This document shows, piece after piece, positions 48,818-62,475 of a DNA stretch of 64,000 bases (the first letter of the stretch is position 1; every line of letters begins with the position of its first letter). The DNA is from Mytilus edulis (lineage: Eukaryota), in NCBI RefSeq assembly GCF_963676685.1, contig NC_092354.1, positions 58,218,001 through 58,282,000 of the forward strand. The letters run 5' to 3'. The position numbers were made by a program, and so were the translations under genes. The notes under the pieces were generated by a model, which was not told where the DNA came from, made no database searches, and saw nothing but the letters and a program-made list of their open reading frames with translations.

Positions 48818-51800
48818 GGTATTATTGCGTAACAATTTTCATATTGGCTTAGTTATAGGTCCGAGGGTACCATATTGGCCTGAGGCGAAGCCGAAGGCCA
48901 ATATGGCTGCCCGAGGACCTATAACTAAGCCAATATGAAAATTGTTACGCAATGATACCTTTATTAATTAACCAGTCCAATATGAACTCTAGCCGGGCCA
49001 ATATGAAGATTGAAAATAGTGTGAAAATCTGACATTCAGGACTTCAATAGTAGTGATTTGAATATGTATCAATGAAAATTGAGGATTTTAATCAAAACAA
49101 TAAAATAGTAACAATTTTATTAAATAATCAACAGTAAATAAACACAACAAGTAAAAAACATGTTTTTATCTAGTTTTCAGATTAAAGCTCTTGGCTGCAG
49201 TTTATAGTATTCTTTCTTTCCCCTGAGTATATGTTAATATTGAAAACACCACCTGTTATAGTTGCACCTGCAAACATGGCCATTGGGTTGTCATGTTTGT
49301 TAGCAGTTTGATTATTTGTATTTGATACATTTGCATTTAAATTATTATGAACTAATGTATTTGAGTTTGAAAGTTCACAAGGTTCCTCTGAATCTGATGT
49401 CGTCTGTAAATCTGAGTTCGGCAACATGACCTTAGATATTGTGTGAGAAGCTTGTTGCTGTTGTTCAATAGACGGTACTGAATAATGAGTTAAGGTACTA
49501 ATGCCTTTCCAGCCTCCTAATTGAGCAACTTCATTGGCAGGTCTACCATTTTGAAGTAGTGTGGTAGCAAAAGTTTTACGTCCCGAATGATTAACCTTTC
49601 TTCCTTGAAGATCTCCTTTTTCTGCCATATTTTTTACCATTTTACCTAATTTATCTTTGCCTATGGTTTGGCGAGTGTACCATATTTCCTCATGTTTATT
49701 ATCTAAAGGCCTCAAATAAAATCTATGTTCATCAGTTAATGTGTCTTAAGGTCTATGCCGTTTGTATTCCTTGTAAACATGAATAGGGCAATTACTTCCT
49801 CCTTCCCCGAAAATCTTTGGCGTAATATCCCGGAAATCCCTGCTTTTTGCTCCACTACGGGTTTTGGTGCTTCTTTCTGAAAAAAGTATGCTTATGTCAA
49901 TATTTAAAGAAGAATTATCCTTCCTGTCTGTACAAAACTTTCACTTTTATATAACAAAAAACATGTATTGCATAGTAAATAATATTTTGTTAAATATAAA
50001 ACAATGGTTAATATCCTTAAAAGCACAAATTACCAACTTTTGTCAGGACTGTTGTACATGTACATCCATTATCCACAGAAGTATATATTCTGTGATTTCT
50101 AAAAGATTTAAAATATCAACTATTTAAATGATGGAAATCATAACATAATCTCACCATTAAATTCCAAATACTCCTTTCCATCAGATGTAGCTTTTAACTT
50201 GACATCTCCCCATGTCATGTTAACATGGTCTTGTCGACCTCGTACATTTGTCGTAGACCAAAGTATGTTGCATTATTTAAAAACACAGCATTCAGTAATG
50301 CATCAGGGTTTTCTGGAAAAAAAAAAGAACTTAACTAAAATACATGTATCTTAATGTAAATATCCAACTTAAAATAGTATTTAAAGGACAAATACTGTAT
50401 CAAAATGCAAAAGACCTCTGGAGACACTCTCATTGTTCAAGACCTTATGTGTATTTTAAACATTTTTTATTACAACCATTTAATAATCAGGGATGGATAG
50501 AGGGCGACAAGGAAATAAAATAATTTGTTTGCCACAAGGTTAGAAAAATGTTTAATTAAAAGTTACTGACTGACACGCTGGAATACAACATTTTTTTTTA
50601 AACTTACGTGTTCCAATAACGCCTTTCTCCCTCAAGATTTGGATTTCCTCAGTCGTCAAAGGTTCAGCTCTGTTTGGCTTACTGCCCTTGCCCAATGACT
50701 TTAATGCCTTTCGCTTCGCTTCTAATACCCGTCTTGTGTGGTTGAACTCAGGATCCTTTTTAATACTGAAACATTAAAGAAAAGATATGCATAATATCTG
50801 ACATGTAATTTTTGTATGTACATGTTTTATACTTATAGCAAAGAGAAACCAAGGAATATTCATTGTACACAAGCTTAAGATCATCAAAACCACATTGACC
50901 CAGATGATATATATAGTTTTTACCAAAAAAAATGACACAAGGCTAAAATTAAAATATTGGCACTGAATATTCGAGTCATAATGCTTGACAGAATAATGCA
51001 AAGGCTATCATGCTATATCAAGACAAGGGAGTTACATGTCTCACAGATATCAAATAATCTACATGAAAATAATCGTACCTTATACTACTTTTTGAGTCCT
51101 TCAAATGTCTATCCAAGCTGTTGAACATAGAGGATAAAGAGTCAGGCTCATATTCGTCACCATTTTTCTTCAGGACTCCAAGAAAAAATCTTGATAACAG
51201 ACTGTCCAAGTCTTTGGCAGGTATTTCCACTGAATCACGCATTTCTCCAACAGATATGAAAAAATCCAGCATCACTTTCAAGTCACTCTTTGTTTTAGTT
51301 TTTGTGTTCTTGTTAACACTTAAAGCTAGAAAAGAGTCAGTGTCTTCATCAGTGACAGAGCGAAACCTCTTGCTACTCGAGCTATTTTCTTTGTCTGATT
51401 CGTCAATCTCATGATTCTGTGCATTTTCAATGTCCTGCAGAATTTCATTTGGGAAGTTGAAATTCGCTGAATCAACTTCTTCCAGAATCAAATTTCCTTC
51501 CCCATTGACATCTGCGAGATTTCTCTTGATGTACTCTGCCTCCCTATTAGATAAATCGTCGTAGTGAAAATAGTCTTCAACTAACGCATCCATCGCATCA
51601 TCTATATTTTTTATAGAGCTATTGCTCCATCGTTTTGTTGTCATTTTCTCCTGTCAGACGACACTAGCCGTAGTTCTCTAGAGTTATCGGGATTTCAACC
51701 GATTAGTCTAGAGCTAATCGAATATGCTAATATTGGGCTTGCTAAACCCGGGCCAATCCGTATTGGCCTTATAGGACAAAATTATCGATTTGGCAGTTTT

Positions 51801-51839
51801 ACTCGTATTTAGTCAAATAAGCTCCAGTTAATTAATAAA
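48818..51839 (-). mobile_element. Crypton-type tyrosine-recombinase DNA transposon, near full length
   Basis: 142-bp terminal hairpin 48818-48959, 13-bp inverted repeat 48960-48972/51827-51839, internal spliced YR gene. Confidence 0.85.
49182..51644 (-). pseudogene. Crypton tyrosine recombinase (DUF3504/KCTD1-QRICH1-ZMYM-like), four exons, two lesions
   Basis: Exons 51644-51079, 50765-50608, 50312-50155, 49876-49182 (GT-AG); motifs KKNGDEYEPDSL, LEAKRKALKSLGKG, FGLRG, ERSTKTR, CPIHVY, NHSGRKT, GGWK, THYS; 11-bp insertion at 50240-50250 and TAA at 49748-49746. Confidence 0.9.
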
Positions 51840-53551
51840 ACATCAGAATCTGACTGACGAAGGATATCTGTTATCCGAAATATTTATGAATAATTACATT
51901 TATAGTTCCTTTTTATATCATTGGTGTTGTTATGTACACTTTTTAGGCGTTTATATATATATTGCAATGTTTTCTTAGTCATTGGTTTCTGTTGTTGTAT
52001 CTGATGTTTCCCACTATTTTCTCTTCTTAATCTAGCATGGTAGTATAATATTTGTAATTCTCTTTGTCCTTTATATATATGGAATAATTATGTAGTGTGC
52101 ATATCCCCCTAGTCTACTAATTTGTTTTAGTCATCACCTTTGTAGAATTATTTTCCCGTTTCAGTTTTGAAACAAATTCCATCACAAAAGTGCATTTTAA
52201 TGTACAATGTGCAACTATAAATTTAAAGTTAACACCGTATTTGTTTAGAAATAGAAATCTTTAATGGTGCCATCATAGAAATATGACACTCTTGGTATAA
52301 ATTCGTTTCAAAACAGAAACTGGAAGATATTCCTGCAGAGGTGATGACTCATACGAAAAAAACAATACACTGGGGAATATCCCCACTGCACAATCTATTT
52401 GTGGAGATTTTTTCCCAAGCTCTATTTCTGTATTGTTCTCTGATGCCGTCATCATATAAATGTATATAACAGGCCACAACTATGGGGGGAAAGTTATTAT
52501 TTCATTTGAACTACTTTACAGTGACCGCGAGTACTTTCAGATTGGTACTTTGTAGTTAATATTGTTTTACAGTAGTTTATATACTTTTTACGAATTTGAT
52601 GAGTCCAGCCATTTCAAACTAATTTTAACAACTTTACAATATCATTATTGATATAATTTATCTGGAAACGACATTAAAAAAAAACCTGTAAAAAACCTAT
52701 TAGTGTTTTTCTATTTTACCGAATGAACAGATTTGTTTTAAACATTGTACAACAGCTGTGTTAATGAGTTTAAAAAAAAACATCGGCGAACAACCTTTTA
52801 ATTTCGGCTTTTGTTTATGATTATATCTTTTTGAACGTCGATTCTACTGAATGCTCCAAATATAGTTGAGATGACCTAATGGCTAAAAGATGACACTTAA
52901 AATTAAGATGAGGTACTAATGCTAATGAGGCAACTCTCCACCAAATGACATAGAAGTTAACAAATATTGATCACCGTACAACAATGAGCAAAATCTATAC
53001 CGATAGTAAGCTATAAAAGGCCCCGAAATAACCATAATAGGGACAAATAACGAAAGTTCATCACATAAACGAATCCCAGAAGTAAACACTCTCGGGTTTA
53101 CAAAAGAAGTTTGACCTTTTTTTTTTAAATCTATTGTAAATGCAAATAATGAACTCTCCAACCTCTAAGCAGATTTAACATGTTTTATTAATTTGAGTCC
53201 GATTGCTACAATAACTATAATTTCAACACCCTCCACTCAGTTTTATATGTTTTCAAAAACTGGCAGTCGAAAGTATCTTCAACGAATGAAAAACAGAAGT
53301 ATCGCAATATGAGCAAATGTAACAAAACACAATACCATCATTAAAATAGTGTAAATCTCATTCTTTTAATTGGTTTTATGTGAGTATAATATTCTTTAAG
53401 CTAATAAAAAGTAGATGAGCTCAATAGTGTATAACTTCATTCAATCAATTAAAATGAATTCGCAAAAAAAGGGTACATTTATGATATGATCTATACGATA
53501 TCAAGACATTTAAATCATTAGCACAAGGAAACATGTAAACGTCCACATTGC

Positions 53552-54783
53552 AGGATCACGTGCCAAATGTCTACACATGAACCATTATGAAAGTAGAGGA
53601 TACAGACAAATGTCTACACATGAAACATTATGAAAGTAGAGGATACAGACAAATGTCTACACATGAACCATTATAATAGTAGAGGATACAGACAAATGTC
53701 TACACATGAACCATTATGAAAGTAGAGGATACAGACAAATGTCTACACATGAACCATTATGAAAGTAGAGGATACAGACAAATGTCTACACATGAACCAT
53801 TATAATAGTAGAGGATACAGACAAATGTCTACACATGAACCATTATAATAGTAGAGGATACAGACAAATGTCTACACATGAACCATTATGAAAGTAGAGG
53901 ATACAGACAAATGTCTACACATGAACCATTATGAAAGTAGAGGATACAGACAAATGTCTACACATGAACCATTATGAAAGTAGAGGATACAGACAAATGT
54001 CTACACATGAACCATTATAATAGTAAAGGATACAGACAAATGTCTACACATGAAACATTATGAAAGTAGAGGATACAGACAAATGTCTACACATGGACCA
54101 TTATGAAAGTAGAGGATACAGACAAATGTCTACACATGAACCATTATAATAGTAGAGGATACAGACAAATGTCTACACATGAACCATTATGAAAGTAGAG
54201 GATCACGTGCCAAATGTCTACACATGAACCATTATGAAAGTAAAGGATACAGACAAATGTCTACACATGAACCATTATGAAAGTAGAGGATACAGACAAA
54301 TGTCTACACATGAACCATTATGAAAGTAGAGGATACAGACAAATGTCTACACATGAACCATTATGAAAGTAGAGGATACAGACAAATGTCTACACATGAA
54401 CCATTATAATAGTAGAGGATCACGTGCCAAATGTCTACACATCAACCATTATGAAAGTAGAGGATACAGACAAATGTCTACACATGAACCATTATGAAAG
54501 TAGAGGATACAGACAAATGTCTACACATGAACCATTATTAAAGTAGAGGATACAGACAAATGTCTACACATGAACCATTATGAAAGTAGAGGATACAGAC
54601 AAATGTCTACACATGAACCATTATGAAAGTAGAGGATACAGACAAATGTCTACACATGAACCATTATGAAAGTAGAGGATACAGACAAATGTCTACACAT
54701 GAACCATTATGAAAGTAGAGGATACAGACAAATGTCTACACATGAACCATTATGAAAGTAGAGGATACAGACAAATGTCTACA
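53552..54783. repeat. Minisatellite, 43-bp unit, ~28 copies
   Basis: Unit caaatgtctacacatgaaccattatgaaagtagaggatacaga, highly homogeneous. Confidence 0.98.
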
Positions 54784-55104
54784 AAACGTTAATAATCTTA
54801 TATCTCCATCAAAAACTTCACAGTACAAATAGTATTGTCCGATTTGAATAATTACTAAACAAATTTTGCAATAGCTTTTTAACGAGTTATCTATAAATTT
54901 AAATTCGGGCTGTAAAAACGTTGGTTAATTCTTATTTCAATTCGTGCAAATCAGTGCTTAAGGGAATAATGTACGTTTTATATTGATGTACTTTCGATTG
55001 AAAGCTTCTGTTTGTTAAAAAAAAACTATTTATATCGATAACTACATACATTGCCGACCATTGGGGACAAACACAATAAGATTATTTTGTCATGTTGTTG
55101 TTAA

Positions 55105-55277
55105 TATAACGTACGTAAGTTAACATATGAACATATATTCACATTTAGACTTTAGTTAACATTTGTACTTTAATTTAACGTATGAACTTAAGTTAACATA
55201 TGAACTTTATTTAACGTATGAACTTTAGTTAACATATGAACTTTACTTAACGTATGCACTCTAGTTAACATATGTTC
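55105..55277. repeat. Short degenerate ~18-20-bp tandem repeat
   Basis: ttaac(a/g)tatgaacttta repeated about 7 times. Confidence 0.75.
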
Positions 55278-55535
55278 TTATTTCTTTTAATGTTGTACGT
55301 GTATTGGAATTTTTCATACATAAGTATTCATACATCTTGAAATTAACGATATTCTAAATTCAGAGCCAAGTTGCACTGTTTGCAAACATTTGTAAGAAAA
55401 TATTTCAAAAATTTATATTATTTTATAGCAATGTTTTAACAGATGTTTTGCAAATCTTTCAACAGATTACTTTAAACTTTGACAGGAAAAATTCAAATAC
55501 TTATTTTAATATAACTTTCATAATATATTATTAGC

Positions 55536-55690
55536 NNNNNNNNNNNNNNNNNNNNNNNNNNNNNNNNNNNNNNNNNNNNNNNNNNNNNNNNNNNNNNNNN
55601 NNNNNNNNNNNNNNNNNNNNNNNNNNNNNNNNNNNNNNNNNNNNNNNNNNNNNNNNNNNNNNNNNNNNNNNNNNNNNNNNNNNNNNNNNN
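55536..55690. other. Assembly gap (155 N)
   Basis: Run of n characters. Confidence 1.
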
Positions 55691-55779
55691 GCACATGTTT
55701 TGATAGCTTAATTAATACTGATTATAAATATACATGGTTTCTTAATACGTTTGTTCAAATGAGGGAGATAGGTAGGTAC

Positions 55780-58125
55780 TTCCGGTTTACAAAATTTCAC
55801 TATCGGTTTCATTGAATTCAACCATACTTCAAACTGATTCCCAAAAATAAAGTGCTAGTAATTTTCACTTGAAACTAATGTTAACATTGCTACTTCCGCT
55901 TTACAAAAGGTAACTTCCGGTACATGTTCTTTAAGGTCATGTCTAAAACTCATTTTAAACACCTCATATACCAATAAGAACACAAAAGGTCAAAATCTAG
56001 AACGTCAAATTTACATTTGACATTGACATCAATTTCAAGATCATTAACCAAGAGCCTTAAATCAAAAGAGCATAGGTCCCTTTTATAAATTGTTAATGAC
56101 TTATATCACCATACAGCTTATTCAATCTATAAGAGGAGAGAAAACTCTCATTAAATGTCAACGTACCCTTGCAACCAAAATTTAGGGGTAACAACATGTC
56201 GCAGCTAACAAAATAGTAAAAATATTTTGTCGCTTTCTTAAACGGTTTCTGTTAAATGAAAAAAAGCTAAATCAAAATTTAAAATATGACCTTAATATTT
56301 ACCTCATTTTCATTATGATGGACCAAGAACCTCAAATCAGAAGACCCTAGGTCTCTATGACTTCAGGTTTGTGAGTTTCTATAACATTTCACATATGTTA
56401 CATAAAGAAGGGGTAATAACTTTCGTATAGAGTCTATTGAACGATTCGGTCAAATAACGGTACATTCTGAAGATATAACGAGCAATTTGGAAAAATAAAT
56501 TTGTCGCTTTCTTTTCCGGTTGTGAAGGAAAAGTCATAGCAAGAAAAACAGTGTTCGGTTAAACAGGGTCAGTTTCAAAAGCGTATACACTGTACGATAT
56601 ATAAACCAAAAATCTAAGCGACATCTTTTGAAACATCAATACAGCGCAAGAAAAAAATAAGGCAGAGGAAGAAATAAAAAAAAATTAAATTAAAAACCAA
56701 TTGTTCAGAAAACTATTGAAGGTCTTTCCACCCCAAATAGACATATATAGACAGGAAAATATACTATCTTGGTTTAAAGTGTATACTCTGGTCTCAAATA
56801 ATAGCTTAAATTATACTGATTTCGAAAATATATGTTTTTTATATACTTTTGCTTGAAATAAAAGAGATAAGTAGCTACCTCCAGTAAAACAAAAATTACT
56901 CCCGGTTACATTTGAACCTTACTTCACAATGATTCCAAAAATAGAAAGTTCTAGTAAATTATACATGAAAATAATGTAAAAATGGCGGCTATTTCCAGTT
57001 TACAAAAGGTCACTATCGGTTGACCTCCTTTTAGGGCATACATCTGTAACCTAATGTAAAAGACTCATTGACTTTATCTTGAACCATCAAAAAGTTAGAG
57101 CAAAGGTAAAAATCTGGAACGTCAAATCAAACTTACCTTGACCTCAATTTCAAGGTCATAAAACAAGGGACCCTAGGTCTTCACTATATACTGTTAATGA
57201 GTTATATCACCATACGTCTCATTTAAAATATAAGAGAGAAGAAAACTTCCATTTAATGTCTACGTACCCTTTGAAACAAAAATTATGTGTTACAACATGT
57301 CTCTACTAACAATTCTGTAAAAAATATTTTGTCGATATCTTATACGATTTCTGAAAATTAGTTATAACAAGCCAAACTCAGAATTTAGAACATGACCTAG
57401 ACCAAGCTCCTCAAATCAAAAGACCCAAAGTCTATCTTATGGTTTATGAATACATTTCACTTATATCAAATACAGAAGGGGAAATAACTCTCATATGGGA
57501 TCTCTATACCGCTTCGTTCAAAATTAATCAAAACATCCTGAGGATATAACGAGCAATTTGAAAAAAATAAATTTGTCGGTTTCTTATACGGTTGCAAAGT
57601 ATTATAAATAACAAGAAAACAGTATTCGGGGAGATAACTCTTACATGGAAAAGTAATCGGTTAAGCGGTGTTAGTTTCAAAAGCGTATAAACTGTTCGAT
57701 ATTATATATCAAATACCTATGCGACCTCTTGCAAAACAACCAAACAGCCAAGGAAAAAAATTAGGCGGAATAAAATATAAAATAATTAAAACCCAATTGT
57801 TCAGGGAACCATTAAAGGTCTTTCCACCCGAAACGATATATTTTGATATAAAAAATAATAAATTCTGGTTTGAAATGTCATTTTCAGTGCCAAGTGATAG
57901 CTTGTTCGCTGATTTAAAAGAAAATATATGGGTTCTATACACTTTTGATTGGAATAAGGGAGATAATTGGTTACTTCCGGTTTGAAAAATGTCACTTCCA
58001 GTATCATTTGTTAGTTATATTGACACTGATTCCAAAAATATATGGTTCTATTTACTTTTACATTAAATAAGTAAAAAAAATAGCTAACTCCGGTTTAAAA
58101 AACATTACCATCGGCCTAATGTAAA
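55780..58125. repeat. Diverged ~1.1-kb tandem repeat (two units plus shorter 'acttccggttt' subrepeats)
   Basis: Anchors ttacaaaaggt at 55901/57000 and ggtctttccaccc at 56721/57817. Confidence 0.75.
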
Positions 58126-58134
58126 AAAGTCTTC

Positions 58135-60043
58135 CAAATCTAGATCACCCTCTGTGAGCTTTGATGACCTTCTTTCACATCTTCATCATCCACTAGGGTT
58201 ACATTACATCGAACTATTCTCTTTTCACTGCCAGTTAATTTTCTTACACGTTTGAGAGATTATGCACTTGACAAAGGAGGCACCAATACATGTTCTGCAA
58301 TATACAGACTAGTCAGTATTATTTGTGATGTAGCTCTTTTCCGTCTTTTCAAACCAGTAAGAACGGAACCTTTACACGAGGAAAAGAGGAAATTCCTTCC
58401 TGTTGATTTTGCCAATAGAGGAATTGATGCGATCAATATCTGCAACGTTCTACATCACAAGGAGGTAACATCTAAAATTCCTATATATTTTCAAAATCAG
58501 TCTGTTCCTATTGTATCCTACAGTTACACCAAAACCATTGCATCTAAAATATTTAACTATAAACAAGCATTGCAGGACCTTGACTTAGAACAATACACAA
58601 AAAATCCTCCGACATGTGACTATTCCCAATCGCCTTATAATTACAGCCCCTCTGGTCATGTTATAAATGGGGATCTAAACATAATTCAACATGAAAATCT
58701 CCGAAAGGTGATTTCTTATGGTCCTAAGTTTAGAGAACCCCAACACATCAATTAGAACCAAAACTTCAAAATAATTATGATTTTCATTGAGGACTACACC
58801 AGAGCATGGGCTTAGCGAGAAGAAGTTGAACTGAACACTTTGTCAGAATGGGTTAGAACTATCAGGTTTCTGATAAAACGTCGCATTCACAAGTTGAAAA
58901 ACTGTGTGAACGATCGACCAAAGTCTGTTTTCAGAGACAATGAGGCCATGAAATGTCTATCATCTCTTCATGATAAGTTTGTTGTTGTTCCTGCGGACAA
59001 AGCTTCAAATAATATTGTCTTTGTATGTAAATCGTATTACTACGAATGTCTTGTAAAAAAATTAGGTATAAAGGAGCAATCAGGTTATCCCACATACAAA
59101 GCCATATCATTTGACAAGGATGAGATTTTAGCAAATCATAAGTTCTTCATGGCTTCAATAAACATTACATTAACACCAAATCGGAGGACTTACCTTGTTT
59201 GTATTGGATACCAAAGCTTCAAAAAATTCCGTACAAACAACGGTATATTGCTGGCTCATCTTCATGTTACACAAAAGAATTGTCCATTAGATTGACTAAA
59301 ATTTTGTCCGCAGTGAAAAAGGGTCTTCAGAAATATTGTGAAACTGTTTACTCGCGTAGTGCTATTAACCATATGTGGATTCTTAAAAATTCTAAAGAAC
59401 TTCTAGACAATTTTAAATCTCGGTCTTTTTCTGAAATTAGTTCTATCAAAACTTTTGATTTTTCAACCCTGTATACCACCATTCCCCATGTGAAATTGAA
59501 AAATCACCTTACAGAAATAATCCACAATGCCTTTCAACATAAAAATGGTAGCATACGCTATAAATTTATTACTTTGGGATTTCATAAGACATATTTCGTT
59601 CATAGTGACAAACAAAAAGGTAAAACATGCTACACAGAAGAACAAGTGGTCAGTATGCTGGAGTTTCTTATCGACAACATATTTGTTGAGTTTGGAGGTA
59701 GACTTTTCCAACAAATTGTCGGCATTCCTATGGGAACAAACTGCGCCTCTTCTTGCCGACCTCTTCTTATTTTCTTATGAATCGGAGTTCCTCCAGACAC
59801 TTGTCAAAACAAGAGGATCAAAGAAGCCAGATTATTTAATTTCACTTTCAGATATATTGATGATGTTCTTTCCATAAACAATCCGAACTTTTCTGATTGG
59901 GTTCCATTAATATATCCCCCAGAACTAGAGATTGAAGAAACAACAGACACGGCTTCCTCCGCCTCGTTTTCATAGTTATATCTTGAATTTGACTTACACA
60001 GTCATCTCAGTACCAGAATCTATGACAAACGAGACGAGTTTCA
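58135..60043 (+). mobile_element. Penelope-like retroelement ORF (RT), truncated and frameshifted
   Basis: GPKFREP, VVVPADKASNN, YWIPKLQKIPYKQRYI, SIKTFDFSTLYTTIPH, GIPMGTNCA, FRYIDDVL. Confidence 0.9.
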
Positions 60044-60866
60044 TAGCACCATTTTATTTTAATTTAGTCTTTTTATAAAATGTTTTTTTAAATTTGAGGA
60101 TACATGGTTGAATTAATTTTAAAAGCTTGTAAACAGGAAAAAAAGTGTTGAGAAATTTGTTTACTTTTACTATTCCAGCTTTGTGCAGTACTACTGATGG
60201 TCATTTTTTTTAAAAACAATGAAATGTTATGTGAAATTTTGCTGGTTTACTGGACAGCATAAAACTTTATTCATATGAAGTATTTCTTTATTTGAATATG
60301 TTGACACAAATAAATTATGCACACTTAAAAAAAATACTCAAATTTAACAAAGACTGATATCATAAATATAGGAAAACAATGGTGGTATTAATTTTAGTAA
60401 TAATACAATAGTAAACATGGTAAAGTTAAATATATACATTGAAATTTTGACAATTTTCATTATTGACTTATAGTTCTTTATAGATTGAAAATTTGCACTT
60501 TATGTTGTTTTTATACAATTTACTAATGAATTGTTAAGCCGATGCTTTTATCATGTTTATTAATTTTGATATGCTCTTACCATGGTCACTGCATTACAAA
60601 ATTTTGATTCATTTAAATATCAATATATATTTAATTTTCTGTTTAGGAGTTATGGTACTTTATAAATATGAAAATAGGCATAGAATGTTGAAGGTCATAA
60701 ACGCCTGAAAACGCGAAACTCAATTTGATGTTATTTAAACTTTACAACTTAATTTTTGTTACATTTTAATGTATTACAATGTACCTTAAAATTTGTCATA
60801 AATGTACAACATGTACATAGACAGATAAAAAATTTAATAAAGAAAAGTGATGAGTAGGAATAGTTA

Positions 60867-62190
60867 ATTTTCGGACATAACTTTAGTTTAAGTGAACGGA
60901 TCTGTATGAATTTTCGGACATAACTTTAGTTTAAGTGAATGGATCTGTATGAAATTTAATCTGAAGGATGGAAACTTGAAAAGGAAAGTTGGGGTTTATG
61001 GTCCCAACAGTTTAGGAATTAAGGTCCTAAAAAGGGGCCCATATAAGCATTTTATAGGTTTTTTTAGACAATAACTTGTTTGTAAGTTAATGGATCTTTC
61101 TGAAATTGAACCACAAGGTTCCATACTAAAAAAGGAAGTTTGGGATTGATTTTGAGAGTTATGGCCTTAACTTTTTTAGGAATTAGGGGACAAAACCAAT
61201 ACTTTTCTATTTCTTTGTATAAATTGCTTATTTTTTTTACTAATTTCAACAGGGTTTTATTCTTGAATTCTTGGGGTTCTTTAATATGCTGAATCTTACC
61301 ATGTATTATATTTTTGGATTTTGGGCCCCAATTTTAAATTGGTCCACATTGAGGTCCAAAGGGTACAAAATTAAACGTTGTTTGATTTTAATAAAAATTG
61401 AATTATTGGGGTTCTGTGATATGCCCAATCTAACTCTGTATTTAGATTTTTAATTTTTGGTACCGTTTTTAAATTGGTCTACATTATGATCCATAGGGTT
61501 CAAAATTAAACTTACAGGTGTAGTTTGATTTCCTTAAAAATTGAATTCTTGGTGTACTTTGATATGCCGAATTTACATTGTAACTGTTGAAATTAAATTT
61601 TTAATTTTGAGTCTGGTTTCTAAATTGGTTTACATTAAGGTTGAAAGGGTCAAATATTAAACTTAGTGTGATTTAACAAAAATTGATTTCTTGGTGTTCT
61701 TTGATATTCTGAATCTAAACATGTATTTAGATTTTTGATTATTGGCCCAGAAGATTGTCTAATTTGGGGTACAAAGTTAAACTTTGTTTGATTTCAACAA
61801 AAATTGAGTTCTTTGGGTTCTTTGATATGCTGAATCTCACCACGTATTTACATTTTGATGTTTGGGTCCCGTTATGAAGTTGGTTCCTTATTGAGGTTAA
61901 AAGGGTACAAAAGCGAACTTTTGTTTGATTTATGAAAAATTGAATTATTGGGTGTTTTTGATATGCTGAATATAACCATGTATTTAGATTTTGGATATTG
62001 GACCATAATAGGAAAATTTAAAAGTTTTCAGTTCTTAGACCACATTTATTCTGTGTCAGAAACCTATGCTGAGTCAATTATTTAATCACAATCCAAATTA
62101 AGAGTTGTATCAAGCTTGAATGTTGTGTCCGTACTTGCACCTTCTGTTCAGGGTACCACCTCTGCGGTTGTATTAAGCTGCGCCCTGGGG
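60867..62190. mobile_element. Helitron/Helentron-associated repeat with internal ~120-bp tandem array
   Basis: About six copies of 'aattgaattcttggggttctttgatatgctgaatct...tatttagattttt' at 61260-62000; its end matches 7085-7220 inverted; 43-bp duplication at 60867-60952. Confidence 0.6.
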
Positions 62191-62311
62191 AGTATTTTAT
62201 TATAGGAATATTGCCATGATGATTTTCCCCATATATATGCATTTTTGGGGAAAACTTGGGGGAATAAAAAAAATGTATACAACAAAAATTATCAGCAAGA
62301 CCATTTAAAAT

Positions 62312-62475
62312 CATTGGCGGATCCAGGGGGGGGGGGGGGGTTCCGGCGGTTGGAACCCCCCTTTTTTTGGCCGATCAATGCATTTGAATGGGGACATATA
62401 GTTGGAACCCCCCCCCCCCCCTTTTGTCCTGGGTTGAGACCCCCCCCCCTTTTAAAATGGCTGGATCCTCCCCTG
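62312..62475. mobile_element. GC-rich MITE with ~15-bp TIRs
   Basis: aaaat|cattggcggatccag ... ctggatcctcccctg|aaaat; apparent 5-bp TSD. Confidence 0.8.

Noticed and set aside
51845-51890. CTGACGA-aggata..tatcc-GAAA hammerhead-like core next to the Crypton end
   Set aside because: Stem II is good, but I could not form convincing stems I and III with an NUH triplet
53552-54783. CRISPR-like appearance of the 43-bp array (also 1036-1297)
   Set aside because: Units are contiguous with no unique spacers, no cas genes, and the context is eukaryotic
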